From the IMG/VR virus record IMGVR_UViG_3300013132_000034, positions 1 to 64,000 of that record: a stretch of DNA of 64,000 bases. One strand, 5' to 3'. Both the position numbers and the translations under genes were made by a program. Below are positions 1 through 8,884 of the stretch, in pieces. The first letter of the stretch is position 1. Each line of letters opens with the position of its first letter. A model generated the notes under the pieces. That model was not told where the DNA came from. It searched no databases and saw only the letters and a list, made by a program, of their open reading frames with translations. This DNA comes from a virus.

Positions 1-309
1 AGAGTAAGTGTAGGTGTATTGGTATTTGTTGGAGTTATTGTAGCGGTAGGTGTTTGTGTAGGGGTATCAGTAAGAGTAAGTGTAGGTGTATTGGTATTTG
101 TTGGAGTTATTGTAGCGGTAGGTGTTTGTGTAGATGTTTTGGTAATAGTAGGTGTATTGGTAATAGTAGTATTTGTTGGAGTTACTGTTGCAGTGAGTGT
201 ATTAGACGGTGTTTGTGTAGATGTTTTGGTAATAGTAGGTGTATTGGTAATAGTAGGTGTATTTGTTGGAGTTACTGTTGGAGTGAGTGTATTAGACGGT
301 GTTTGTGTA
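1..309. repeat. Coding tandem repeats (72-bp and 87/90-bp periods) encoding the Thr/Pro tract
   Basis: 1-60 is repeated exactly at 73-132; 121-207 is repeated with a 3-nt insertion and one substitution at 208-297; all periods are multiples of 3. Confidence 0.9.
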
Positions 310-1064
310 TTGGTAGGAGTCGGTGTTTTAGTACCAAACGTTTCAGTAGGTGTATTTGTGAATGATGGTGATGGTGTAAAAATAGGGGTAGCAATAGGCG
401 GGGGAAGCGAGGCAACCGAGACAAAGTCAGTGTTAATATAAAAAATATTAGAAACATTATTGTTTTTAAATTCTTTAAATAACCACCCTTTTATAATAAA
501 TGTGGTATCACCAGTTACTTCATATTTTTTTCTTGCGTCTAATTCTGTAGGGTAATCTACTTTTATATTACCATCCCACAAAACTTCCGATCTTATTTCT
601 TGTGGTATTGAGAGCCCAGCTTCATCAGGTATCTTCCAACTTAATATCATATAAGGGTCGTTATATGGTAAAAAATTTGAAACAATTTGTTCAAAATCGC
701 TAATATATTTTGCTATAATTGACATCTTAATTTTTATATTAACTGGTACAGGTGTCTTAAGATATGAAGAAGTTACATCATTATTTTTTTTGTTATAAAA
801 ACCAGCTATCTTATTAAAAACTCTTGTATTATCTCGCGAAATGTCTTCTATAGATATAGCAACGGCAGGCAGAGTAAGATTTTGAGATTGATTAGCTATA
901 TCATGTAAAACTCTTTGTTTGTTGGGGCTGTAGATATACCTTACTTGTAGCTCACTTTGCGCTTTTCTATTTGAATCAAATTTTTTTATGGTTACATTAT
1001 CAAATGCTGATACAAATTGAGTTACTAAGTTTTTAATTTCAAAACTAAAAGCTTTAGCTTTCAT
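1..1064 (-). CDS. gp15: Second gp15-like tail sheath stabilizer/completion paralogue with a long Thr/Pro-rich C-terminal extension (runs off the window start; absent from the ORF track)
   Basis: Hand translation from ATG 1064: [66 protein letters not shown]...[13 protein letters not shown]...IKGWLFKE, co-linear with 1069..1794, then [22 protein letters not shown]...[13 protein letters not shown] with no stop down to base 1. Confidence 0.85.
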   Translation of the reverse strand, partial: MKAKAFSFEIKNLVTQFVSAFDNVTIKKFDSNRKAQSELQVRYIYSPNKQRVLHDIANQSQNLTLPAVAISIEDISRDNTRVFNKIAGFYNKKNNDVTSSYLKTPVPVNIKIKMSIIAKYISDFEQIVSNFLPYNDPYMILSWKIPDEAGLSIPQEIRSEVLWDGNIKVDYPTELDARKKYEVTGDTTFIIKGWLFKEFKNNNVSNIFYINTDFVSVASLPPPIATPIFTPSPSFTNTPTETFGTKTPTPTNTQTPSNTLTPTVTPTNTPTITNTPTITKTSTQTPSNTLTATVTPTNTTITNTPTITKTSTQTPTATITPTNTNTPTLTLTDTPTQTPTATITPTNTNTPTLT

Positions 1065-1068
1065 TAAT

Positions 1069-1794
1069 TTACTCTGCAACAAATGAGCTTATAGAATCAA
1101 TAAAGCTTTGAATAGAATTTATGCTATCAGTTAAATTAAAATTATTATTAATTTCAAATATATTTTTTACATTATTATTTGTTAAATCTTTAAATAACCA
1201 TCCCTTTATAGTAAATGATGTGTCGCCTAAGACTCTATATTTGTCATTGTAGGAAATATCAGTTGGGTAGGTAAGACTTATATCTCCACTCCAAAGTACC
1301 TCAGATCTTATTTCCTGAGGAATGGCTAATTTAGCTGCATCAGGCACTCTCCAACTAATTACTATGTAAGGATCATTATAAGGTATGAAATTAGAAAGTA
1401 TTTGATCCATATCACTTTGAAATTTTGTAATAATTGACATATTAACTCCAATGTTTACTGGAACGGGGGTTCTTAAATATGATGTTAATGAGCTGCTTTC
1501 ACTTTCTTCTTTTGATTTGCCAGTATAAAAACCTGCAATCTTATTAAACACACGGTCATTGTCTCTAGATATACTCGTAATTGATACAGCAACAACAGGT
1601 ATGGTTATATTTTGTGATTGATTTGCAATATCATACAAAACTCTTTGTTTTGGGCTAAAAACATAACGAACCTGAACTTCTTCTTGAGCCTGTCTTTCCG
1701 AATTAAAACGCTTTATTATTACATTATCAAAAGCAGCAACAAACTGAGTCATTAAATCTTTGACTTCAAAGCTAAAAGCCCTTTCTTTCACCAA
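1069..1794 (-). CDS. gp15: Tail sheath stabilizer and completion protein, T4 gp15-like
   Basis: FDNVIIKR...[12 protein letters not shown]...[53 protein letters not shown] motifs; next to gp4 and gp13. Confidence 0.85.
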   Translation of the reverse strand: MVKERAFSFEVKDLMTQFVAAFDNVIIKRFNSERQAQEEVQVRYVFSPKQRVLYDIANQSQNITIPVVAVSITSISRDNDRVFNKIAGFYTGKSKEESESSSLTSYLRTPVPVNIGVNMSIITKFQSDMDQILSNFIPYNDPYIVISWRVPDAAKLAIPQEIRSEVLWSGDISLTYPTDISYNDKYRVLGDTSFTIKGWLFKDLTNNNVKNIFEINNNFNLTDSINSIQSFIDSISSFVAE

Positions 1795-1795
1795 A

Positions 1796-2248
1796 TTATT
1801 TAATGTTTAATTCATGCTCAGTTAGTATTAAAAACTTATAACCTTTCTTAGTGCAAAATGATTTTGCTGCATCCCATTTTGCAGTATTTTGAATAAACAT
1901 CTGAGCTTCATATAAAAACGTAGTATTCTTTTTATTACCTTTTGCAGGTTTTAATGTTTGTTTGTAAGGTTTTATTTCAATTAAATATTTTTCAATTTTT
2001 TCATTATCTAATTGCAACTTGACATAATTATCTACAAAATAGCGATGCATTTTGCCATCTAAAGGATTCATATAAGGTATTACATAGTTTTCACTTCCCC
2101 ACTCAATAACCCGGGTATTAATATCACACCATTTAAAGAATTTAAGCTCGTAACCTGAGCGATAAATTGGATAAGTTGAACCTTTAAATTTTTTTTGGTT
2201 TATAGGTTTATAGATTCCTTGATTATATCTATCGTTTTTAGAAAACAT
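1796..2248 (-). CDS. gp4: Head completion protein, T4 gp4-like (TnsA-type nuclease fold)
   Basis: YRSGYELKFFKWCD, WGSE..VIPY..PLDGKMHRYFVD, IEIKPYKQT, NTAKWDAA, FLILTE. Confidence 0.92.
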   Translation of the reverse strand: MFSKNDRYNQGIYKPINQKKFKGSTYPIYRSGYELKFFKWCDINTRVIEWGSENYVIPYMNPLDGKMHRYFVDNYVKLQLDNEKIEKYLIEIKPYKQTLKPAKGNKKNTTFLYEAQMFIQNTAKWDAAKSFCTKKGYKFLILTEHELNIK

Positions 2249-2249
2249 T

Positions 2250-3326
2250 TTAACCTAAGAAGAATTGAGGAGGAGCCACATCTCCTAAACCGGGGGCGCC
2301 AGTATAAAGCTTTTCTTCTAGTTCTTTTTTTTCTGCTAAACCTTGCGCTAACATATCATTAAAATTGAGCGTACCGCCCCCCAAGAGATTCATATTTTGA
2401 TATTTACCCCTAATTTGTCCAATAGCTATCTTGGTCAATGCTAATGCGTATTGATATACCCAAGGTTCTTTAATTATATCTCTCAGCGGTCTCTCAACAT
2501 AGCATGGTAAAACACCATAAAAGCGGCTACCTGAGCCTGGAGTTCTGGGAGGAGGGAACATCGTTAACATTTGTGTACGTTCATCGAACAACAAGTATCT
2601 CCTTTGGGCTAGCACCTTTTCTCTAGTGTCTAACCAATTCTTTAAGATAACCCAACTTATTAAATCAAAGCCATAATTACCCATAGCATAGCTAAAATAT
2701 GTTTGCTGTGCTAAAGTTTGTTCAATAGTAAACAAAGTATTAACCCCGTTAGTTGAACCTTCCTCAAAATCTATAATTTCTATAACTTTTCTATAATCCA
2801 TGATATCATAATCAAAGCTATTAACATATTTTTCTTCATTTTCATTTACAAATACAAAATTAGTTGAAAGTGCTGGGTTAAAAGAAGATATTTCAGCATA
2901 TTTAGTTTGATTTAAAATTTCATTTTTAAATAAACCATTCATATATGTAGCGCTCAAGGTTGTTGAAGTTGCAAAAACGCTGCTAGGCACATTTGTATTT
3001 GTAACAAAAGCTTTTACACCAGGAGTATTAATTCTGTTAAAATATGGAGTTATTGAAAATAACTGATCTAATCTCAAACCGACATTATCTATATAAAGAT
3101 TAGAATCAAATATTAATATCTCTTCAGTATAACCTGCAAATTTTGAAAACATTTCACATGCAATAGAAATGTTTTCATATAATTGATCTTGATGCACTTC
3201 AAGATTTACTAATGGTGCACCTAATGCACGAGAAATTCTTTGCCCTAATCTACTATAATTGTCAATCTTACTACCAAGATTAGTACTTAGAAAAGCTGAT
3301 ACAGGAGTTACTTCTGTACATGTCAT
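2250..3326 (-). CDS. gp13: Neck protein, T4 gp13-like
   Basis: RALGAPLVNLEVHQDQL; WVYQYALALTKIAIGQIRGKY..MNLLGGGTLN; C-terminal PPQFFLG. Confidence 0.88.
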   Translation of the reverse strand: MTCTEVTPVSAFLSTNLGSKIDNYSRLGQRISRALGAPLVNLEVHQDQLYENISIACEMFSKFAGYTEEILIFDSNLYIDNVGLRLDQLFSITPYFNRINTPGVKAFVTNTNVPSSVFATSTTLSATYMNGLFKNEILNQTKYAEISSFNPALSTNFVFVNENEEKYVNSFDYDIMDYRKVIEIIDFEEGSTNGVNTLFTIEQTLAQQTYFSYAMGNYGFDLISWVILKNWLDTREKVLAQRRYLLFDERTQMLTMFPPPRTPGSGSRFYGVLPCYVERPLRDIIKEPWVYQYALALTKIAIGQIRGKYQNMNLLGGGTLNFNDMLAQGLAEKKELEEKLYTGAPGLGDVAPPQFFLG

Positions 3327-3334
3327 TTAATTAT

Positions 3335-5122
3335 TTATGCTGCGGGAACTGCGGAAGCCCCAGCTGCACCTGCAGCTTCACCACCGCCGGCAGGTGCTGT
3401 CTCTGCACCGGCTGGTGGTTCGCCACCGGCTACAGTAGCTGTACCTGGACCAAAGGCGGGCGGGGCGGCACCTACTCCGCCACCGCCGCCTTCACCTTCC
3501 GGAGTTGCAGGTTGTGCACCTCCAGCCAATGCTTTTTGCCAAGCTGGGCCAGCACCTTCAATTTGTGCAAGTTCCCATGCAAATTCTTTATCTTTTCTGA
3601 GAAATTCTCTATTAGCCATGATTTCCTTCTCTGTCCAGCCCAAATACCGCTTTTGTGCATATGTCTTAGAAACACTATCATTTGCGGAAAAATCATTAAA
3701 GGTTTTAACTTTAAGTTCTAGCTTTTGTTGCTCTCTTAGTTCGTAGAAATTAGAAGGAGGATTGAAAGCAAGATCAATTATATTTTCCTTAAGGTTATGT
3801 TTTTCCCACAAACCCTTTAATTTTAAATGTGTGATAAAACCATTCTTGAGACCTGCAGCAAATCTTTGTTGTAATCTAACAATAAATTTTGCAAACTTTA
3901 ATTCTTCTCTTAATATGTTTTCGCCACCTTGATACTGATCTTCAGGATTCAATCTAGTAGTCGGTACTTTTAATGCTTTGTATAGTTTTTTAACAAAATA
4001 CATTAAGTCAGTCAATTCACCTAAATTCTGACCACCCGGGAGCGATGTTACTGAAGTTCCATCACTCCCCGCTCTCTTGGCAAACCAAAAACTATCCAAC
4101 ATAGATTGCGGATTAAATTTTTGAACTGCTGCATTTTGATCAATATCAAAGGTACGTTTTGACCAATAATTATTCATTAATTTTCTAATATAAGCTTCTG
4201 CTTTCGGAGGTGACATATTACCAACATCCACATTAAAGATCAAACGCTCTGGAGCTCTTACTAAACGATAAATTACAATTGAATCTTCAATTAAAGAAAG
4301 TTGACGGTAAGCCCGGCGTGCATTTTCAATAAATGGTAATCTTAATGTTTTGTTTTCATTCCATATGCCTGAATTAATATATGTTACCTGATTTTTGTCC
4401 ATCGGTATCATTTTGAATTCTTTTATCTTGAGAGGATTTGTTGGATCCATAATAGGCTTTCTCAAAAGATAGCCTTTCACAATCATATTTTGAACATTAG
4501 AAAAAATAGGATCAATGAGTTCGCAAGGCATTGTAACAATACCAAGAATACCTTCTTCAGGATACGATTTGTGAATAATGTGTTCGAAGTAAAGTTCAGC
4601 TTCAACTAGCATTCTCCTAAAATATTCCCACCCGTTAAGATCTAAATTAAAATAACCGACATATCTTTCAAATTCTTTAATAAGCGTTTCTTTTATGGTC
4701 TCTTCAATTTCTTCTGGTCTATTAAAGTTTAATTTTACTATATCACCTTTATCGTCCTTGTTGACACATTCATCACATATTTCATCAAGTGCATCTGCTA
4801 CTTCAGCAAACGCAGCCATAATTCTATAATCCATCATTCTCTTAGGTTTATCTGTTTGTACGTTTGCATACATGAACTGATAAAACTGAGACTCTCTCAT
4901 TACGCTTGCAACAGCGTTATCTCCATAATTTAGGGAAGATGAGATGCTCTGTCTCTGCAATGCTTCTTGACGGGAAGATCCCTGGTCATGAAAAACTTTA
5001 AATTTTGGATTTAATTGTTCAAATCTATCAAGAATGGAATAAGATGAGTAAGGTAGCTTATTACTCATAAACTTGTAAAGTTGCCTACCAAATCCGCCAG
5101 AATTTTCTTGATCGTTAGCCAT
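3335..5122 (-). CDS. gp20: Portal vertex protein, T4 gp20-like
   Basis: EVADALDEICDE, IEDSIVIYRLVRAPERLIFNVDVGNMSPPKAEAY, SLPGGQNLGELTDLMYFVKKLYKALKVP, ILREELKFAKFIVRLQ. Confidence 0.97.
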   Translation of the reverse strand: MANDQENSGGFGRQLYKFMSNKLPYSSYSILDRFEQLNPKFKVFHDQGSSRQEALQRQSISSSLNYGDNAVASVMRESQFYQFMYANVQTDKPKRMMDYRIMAAFAEVADALDEICDECVNKDDKGDIVKLNFNRPEEIEETIKETLIKEFERYVGYFNLDLNGWEYFRRMLVEAELYFEHIIHKSYPEEGILGIVTMPCELIDPIFSNVQNMIVKGYLLRKPIMDPTNPLKIKEFKMIPMDKNQVTYINSGIWNENKTLRLPFIENARRAYRQLSLIEDSIVIYRLVRAPERLIFNVDVGNMSPPKAEAYIRKLMNNYWSKRTFDIDQNAAVQKFNPQSMLDSFWFAKRAGSDGTSVTSLPGGQNLGELTDLMYFVKKLYKALKVPTTRLNPEDQYQGGENILREELKFAKFIVRLQQRFAAGLKNGFITHLKLKGLWEKHNLKENIIDLAFNPPSNFYELREQQKLELKVKTFNDFSANDSVSKTYAQKRYLGWTEKEIMANREFLRKDKEFAWELAQIEGAGPAWQKALAGGAQPATPEGEGGGGGVGAAPPAFGPGTATVAGGEPPAGAETAPAGGGEAAGAAGASAVPAA

Positions 5123-5154
5123 GTTTAATTACTTATTTGTATTTCTTAAAAATA

Positions 5155-5325
5155 CTATTTTTTATCTTCTTCCTTTTCAGAAGATTTTATAAACTCTTCA
5201 TAATTCAACCCTCTTTGTAAGCAATAAATTTTTATTAAACTCTCATCTTGAATGTAATTAGCTTTGTTAGCTAAATCTGTATTGTTATGACTAAATTTTT
5301 TTATCTTAGAGGTATACTTGGACAT
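5155..5325 (-). CDS. Small hypothetical protein, 56 aa (MSKYTSKIKKFSHNN...SEKEEDKK)
   Basis: Hand-translated ORF that fills the gap between portal and nuclease genes; TAAATA 7 nt upstream of the ATG. Confidence 0.5.
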   Translation of the reverse strand: MSKYTSKIKKFSHNNTDLANKANYIQDESLIKIYCLQRGLNYEEFIKSSEKEEDKK

Positions 5326-5335
5326 ACCATATTAT

Positions 5336-6031
5336 TTATTTCAAACTAAAGCCTCTATCCTTAAACCAATTTAACATATTCTTTATATCTGTATATAAAT
5401 AAGGGGTATCGTATCTCTCAAACTCATTAGTTTCCCTATTTAACCAATAAATCTGTAACGATCCAACAGATTTACCCGTCATATTACTATACAAATATGC
5501 ATAAGTTGATACTTGCAAAGAATACACATTATATTCACATTCACTTAAATGTGAAAGAGGAGAGTAAAGAAACTTATTATATTTCGATGTAAGACGAAAG
5601 TTTTTATTAGTTTTTAAATCATATACATCAAATGTCTTACCATTATCTATGATAAAATCTGCAGTACCTGCAACTCTAAATTCATTATTGTAAACAATTG
5701 TCTCACTCTTAGTTTTCTTTATATCAATTTGGGACATATCAAGAAATTTCTTGACCATATCATCATCTTTGTATTCAACGCCTCCGGAAGTAACATAACA
5801 CTCTAATTTTTTATGTGAGTCAATGCCATAATCACAGGCTGTTGTTTTTATATCTTTCCACTTATTCTTTATAATGTCAGGGGTAACTCCTTCGCGTGCT
5901 GCAACTATTTTTGAAAATTTCTCTACATCAAATGGCTCTTTGAACGAATTAATAATTGAAGTTACAGAAAAATAATTTAATTTTGTATGGACATTGGTAT
6001 AGGCGTGTTTTTCTTTATTAAATTCTATCAT
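5336..6031 (-). CDS. PD-(D/E)XK exonuclease (Cas4/RecB-like phage nuclease)
   Basis: SVTSII, ACDYG...H, SETIV, AGTADFII...VYDLKTNK, YSLQVSTYAYL. Confidence 0.8.
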   Translation of the reverse strand: MIEFNKEKHAYTNVHTKLNYFSVTSIINSFKEPFDVEKFSKIVAAREGVTPDIIKNKWKDIKTTACDYGIDSHKKLECYVTSGGVEYKDDDMVKKFLDMSQIDIKKTKSETIVYNNEFRVAGTADFIIDNGKTFDVYDLKTNKNFRLTSKYNKFLYSPLSHLSECEYNVYSLQVSTYAYLYSNMTGKSVGSLQIYWLNRETNEFERYDTPYLYTDIKNMLNWFKDRGFSLK

Positions 6032-6037
6032 TATAGT

Positions 6038-6065
6038 AGTATAGAAGATAATTTAAAAAGGTCAA
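6038..6065 (-). promoter_or_regulatory. Sigma70-type (early/middle) promoter TTGACC-N16-TATACT, 6 nt before ATG 6031
   Basis: Read directly; identical geometry at 32296-32323 and 47260-47287. Confidence 0.7.
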
Positions 6066-6280
6066 GCCTTAATTTTTGCTAAAGAAAATACCACCGTGGT
6101 TGTCTGATTCATCTCTATTTTTGCAATTACATTAAATCCTAGAGGCAGCATTCTATTAATTAATTTGTCAACCCACTCGTTACTTACATTTACTAGCATT
6201 GATTTATGATCCGGGTCACAAAAAGTATGCCTTGCGAATTCTTCGCAAACCGCAGCACCGTTTTCATAAACGTTGCTCAT
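6062..6280 (-). CDS. Small hypothetical protein (start revised to ATG 6280, MSNVYENG...)
   Basis: The ORF track starts at 6334, inside the frameshift extension; TAAATA at 6288-6293 lies 7 nt before ATG 6280. Confidence 0.6.
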   Translation of the reverse strand: MSNVYENGAAVCEEFARHTFCDPDHKSMLVNVSNEWVDKLINRMLPLGFNVIAKIEMNQTTTVVFSLAKIKA

Positions 6281-6290
6281 ACAATAGTAT

Positions 6291-6728
6291 TTATTCTGCA
6301 TTCTTATAAAATGACAATCTAAAGTTTGAATCAAGCGAGGAAGGTGTATTATCTATAATTTTTATAAAATTATCTGTAGGTGTTGAGGAAGGAAGTTCCC
6401 AAACTTTATTACTCCATTCAATTACACCATCTTTTAACGGCAATTTATTTAATAATATGGTACTAGTAGATGTTATTGTAGGTGTAGGCAGTAAAGATTG
6501 AATTACTGTTGAAGTAATAGTAGTAGTAGGTGTAATTTTTATAAAATTTGTACACGATTGTGTTATAGCGGGAGTTAAAGAAAAAGTATAACTTGGGGTG
6601 ATAGTTGGTGTTGCAGAAGGTGTGGATGTATTAATAGGTATTTGCGTGACTAATGGTGTTGGGGTGGGTGTAACAAATGGTGTTTTTGTTAATTCTATTT
6701 CAAAACTAACTTTTTTTTTAATAAAAAA
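6291..6728 (-). CDS. ATG-less 145-codon Thr/Pro-rich frame; probable -1 frameshift extension of the membrane protein 6695..7537
   Basis: KKVSFEIELTKTPFVTPTPTPLVTQIPINTSTPSATPTITPS...PSSLDSNFRLSFYKNAE*; overlaps the upstream gene only across TTTTTTA TTAAAAAAAAAG. Confidence 0.7.
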   Translation of the reverse strand, partial: FFIKKKVSFEIELTKTPFVTPTPTPLVTQIPINTSTPSATPTITPSYTFSLTPAITQSCTNFIKITPTTTITSTVIQSLLPTPTITSTSTILLNKLPLKDGVIEWSNKVWELPSSTPTDNFIKIIDNTPSSLDSNFRLSFYKNAE

Positions 6729-7537
6729 TTAAATACGATTAACAAGATTACAGCTAATGGATCAAATACAAAAACCAAACACAATATAAAATATTTAACA
6801 GCAGTATCTAAATCTAAGTTAAAAGCATTTGCTATAAACTTGAATGTACTAATATCTGACTCTGAAGATTCTTTTTGCTTAAGTTCTAAAATTTCATGAT
6901 TTATAGTGTCAAGCTGGGTTAAAAGAGCCTCATTTTCTTTGTTTATATTATCTATCTGTAAATTAGCGTCTGTGACTTCTTTAGAAGCAGCTTCAATCAT
7001 AGAAGTTTTTGCTTTTAATGCTGAAGCATCGGTTACTGACTGAGTCTGATCGCCTCCAAACAAACCGCCTTTTTTAGAAGTAGTTATAGTGGTATTTTGT
7101 TTTGTAATAGTATTGAGTCTTTCTTCTTGTGAAGCTCTTACAAATGTAAGGGTTTTAATTCTTTCTTTATTATATTCAAATTTTTGTATCAAGGCATTTT
7201 TCTTTTCCTCAACAAATTGTATTTTTGATGTGTATAATTCTGATTTAAATTTACTCTTATTATATGCATCGGTTAAAAAACCAAAAATACCTAAGCTTGT
7301 TATAAGCATAAGAACAGTTATTGCCACATATAGATAAATTCTTATTAGTTTGTTGAGTTCTGAAAAAAATCTATATAAACAACTTGTTGCTACTAGTTTT
7401 CCTATTTCTAAAGCACTAGCCATTAGTACAACTGCCCAGAAACTACCTGAAAACAATAAGGATATACCTTTTATAGAGAAAAATGCCGCAATACCGGCAA
7501 TTAAAAATGATGTTGTACCAACAATTATCTTAAACAC
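6695..7537 (-). CDS. Membrane protein: three N-terminal TM helices, coiled coil, C-terminal TM helix (FVFDPLAV motif)
   Basis: Hydrophobic segments, ALEIGKLVA and ITSLGIFGFL motifs, heptad-rich middle; TAAATA just upstream of the GTG start. Confidence 0.8.
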   Translation of the reverse strand: MFKIIVGTTSFLIAGIAAFFSIKGISLLFSGSFWAVVLMASALEIGKLVATSCLYRFFSELNKLIRIYLYVAITVLMLITSLGIFGFLTDAYNKSKFKSELYTSKIQFVEEKKNALIQKFEYNKERIKTLTFVRASQEERLNTITKQNTTITTSKKGGLFGGDQTQSVTDASALKAKTSMIEAASKEVTDANLQIDNINKENEALLTQLDTINHEILELKQKESSESDISTFKFIANAFNLDLDTAVKYFILCLVFVFDPLAVILLIVFNFLLKKKLVLK

Positions 7538-7550
7538 TTATTATTTATTA

Positions 7551-7775
7551 TCAATCACCATCATCATCAACTAAATCTTCTGAATCAAAATCAATAGGCT
7601 CAACCAATTCCACATCATCGTCTTTGCCTCTTCTTATTATACGTAAAAAATCATTCTTTAGGTCTTCCGTAAAATACAAAATGCCTACTTCTTTACCATC
7701 AATTTTAAGCATAATATTTTGCTTATCATTGTAACTATCTTTTACTTCAAATTCAATGCTTTTCATTTTTATCAA
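7551..7775 (-). CDS. Small acidic hypothetical protein
   Basis: ORF in a tightly packed minus-strand run. Confidence 0.55.
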   Translation of the reverse strand: MIKMKSIEFEVKDSYNDKQNIMLKIDGKEVGILYFTEDLKNDFLRIIRRGKDDDVELVEPIDFDSEDLVDDDGD

Positions 7776-7971
7776 AATAATCTAGTATAATTTCCCCGAT
7801 TTTCTTAACAAATTGCTCATCAGTTAAATTATAAAGCTTGTAAACACTTTTAAATAATTGTTCAACATTTTTTGAAATAGTAAATTTAACTTCAAAATTA
7901 TTATCATCAACTCTCCTTAGGCTCCTTACTATTAGCCCGGGATTGTTCTTGGGCTGCTTTGATCTTTTCAA
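7753..7971 (-). CDS. Small hypothetical protein
   Basis: ORF in a packed run; start uncertain. Confidence 0.5.
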   Translation of the reverse strand: MKRSKQPKNNPGLIVRSLRRVDDNNFEVKFTISKNVEQLFKSVYKLYNLTDEQFVKKIGEIILDYFDKNEKH

Positions 7972-8104
7972 GTGTACCTAAATATTTATCATAAATGCGA
8001 CCAATTTGTGATAATTCGGCACCAGTAATAGCTCCTCGAGAAGCCATTAAACTTATAACCTCTAAAACACTTTTTAAATCGTTAACTGTTAGTTCTATAT
8101 CCAT
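7907..8104 (-). CDS. Small hypothetical protein
   Basis: ELTVNDLKSVLEVISLMASRGAITGAEL..IG..YDK, an amphipathic helical small phage-type protein. Confidence 0.6.
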   Translation of the reverse strand: MDIELTVNDLKSVLEVISLMASRGAITGAELSQIGRIYDKYLGTLEKIKAAQEQSRANSKEPKES

Positions 8105-8105
8105 A

Positions 8106-8306
8106 TTAAAATTTATGTATAAACCCTTTATTAGTTGTATAAACCGCAGTGCCGTCCTGATCTATTATCTTTACTATATCTTCTTTAGCTAAATTTACAT
8201 TATTTAAAGCTATTTTATGTGCCTCAAGACTATTAGTAGCAGAAACGTTTTTTGACCTTGTTTTAGCAAGATAATTATCTTTTAATATGGCTTTATACCT
8301 AAACAT
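8106..8306 (-). CDS. Small hypothetical protein
   Basis: ORF abutting its neighbours. Confidence 0.55.
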   Translation of the reverse strand: MFRYKAILKDNYLAKTRSKNVSATNSLEAHKIALNNVNLAKEDIVKIIDQDGTAVYTTNKGFIHKF

Positions 8307-8333
8307 AATCTTATATAATTATACTACCTTATT

Positions 8334-8669
8334 TTAAAAATCTATAATCTTTTTAAACAAAAAGCATAAGCTTGGAAAAACTATAAATGTAACGGCAGGT
8401 GTATATAGAGGTTGGCCACAGAATACTGTTAAGATTATACCTGCTATTAATGAGGACCAAAAACTCATACATATATAACAACTTGATAAAATAGAAAGTT
8501 TTTCACTTTTAAATTTTAAAAAAATTAAATCTTCAAATTGTTCTTGTTGAGTAATATTTTGTTTAAACAAAATTTTTGCTAAAGTAGTTTTTAAAGGAGA
8601 ATAAAACCATAGCAATAGAAAACTATTTACCCCTAACAATGATAACAAAAGTAAAGTCAAATCAACCAT
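8334..8669 (-). CDS. Small membrane protein, DUF1360-like (CxxCxxxW)
   Basis: Three hydrophobic segments, LSSCYICMSFW. Confidence 0.6.
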   Translation of the reverse strand: MVDLTLLLLSLLGVNSFLLLWFYSPLKTTLAKILFKQNITQQEQFEDLIFLKFKSEKLSILSSCYICMSFWSSLIAGIILTVFCGQPLYTPAVTFIVFPSLCFLFKKIIDF

Positions 8670-8856
8670 TTGTAATTTTAGCTATATACCGGTTTCTTAT
8701 ACCTCTTAACTTACATGGCGAGCAACCACCAGGCGTGCTTTTAGCGCTATTGACTTCATTTTCATATTCTATTCTCAATTTATCACAATCTTTCACATCC
8801 GGGGGGCAGGGTTTGGAATTGTCAAAAAAGTTTTCAACTATAGTTAATGGAAGCAT
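8662..8856 (-). CDS. Small Cys-containing hypothetical protein
   Basis: PCPPDVKDC...GGCSPC; overlaps the next gene by 8 nt. Confidence 0.6.
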   Translation of the reverse strand: MLPLTIVENFFDNSKPCPPDVKDCDKLRIEYENEVNSAKSTPGGCSPCKLRGIRNRYIAKITNG

Positions 8857-8884
8857 ATAATTAATTAGTCTAAATTTATTATTT

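Noticed and set aside
1-309. Possible CRISPR array
   Set aside because: Repeats are contiguous, codon-phased and lack unique spacers; they are coding repeats
19-457. ORF-track entries 19..441 (+, Val/Gly-rich), 54..365 (+, Cys-rich) and 272..457 (-)
   Set aside because: Antisense or off-frame shadows of the Thr/Pro repeat of the gp15 paralogue
3320-3721. Cys-rich plus-strand ORF and the 3472..3696 off-frame ORF
   Set aside because: Shadows of the GC-rich portal tail
5336-6031. Cas4-like nuclease as evidence of CRISPR-Cas
   Set aside because: No array or other cas genes, and no four-Cys Fe-S motif; stand-alone PD-(D/E)XK nucleases are common in phages
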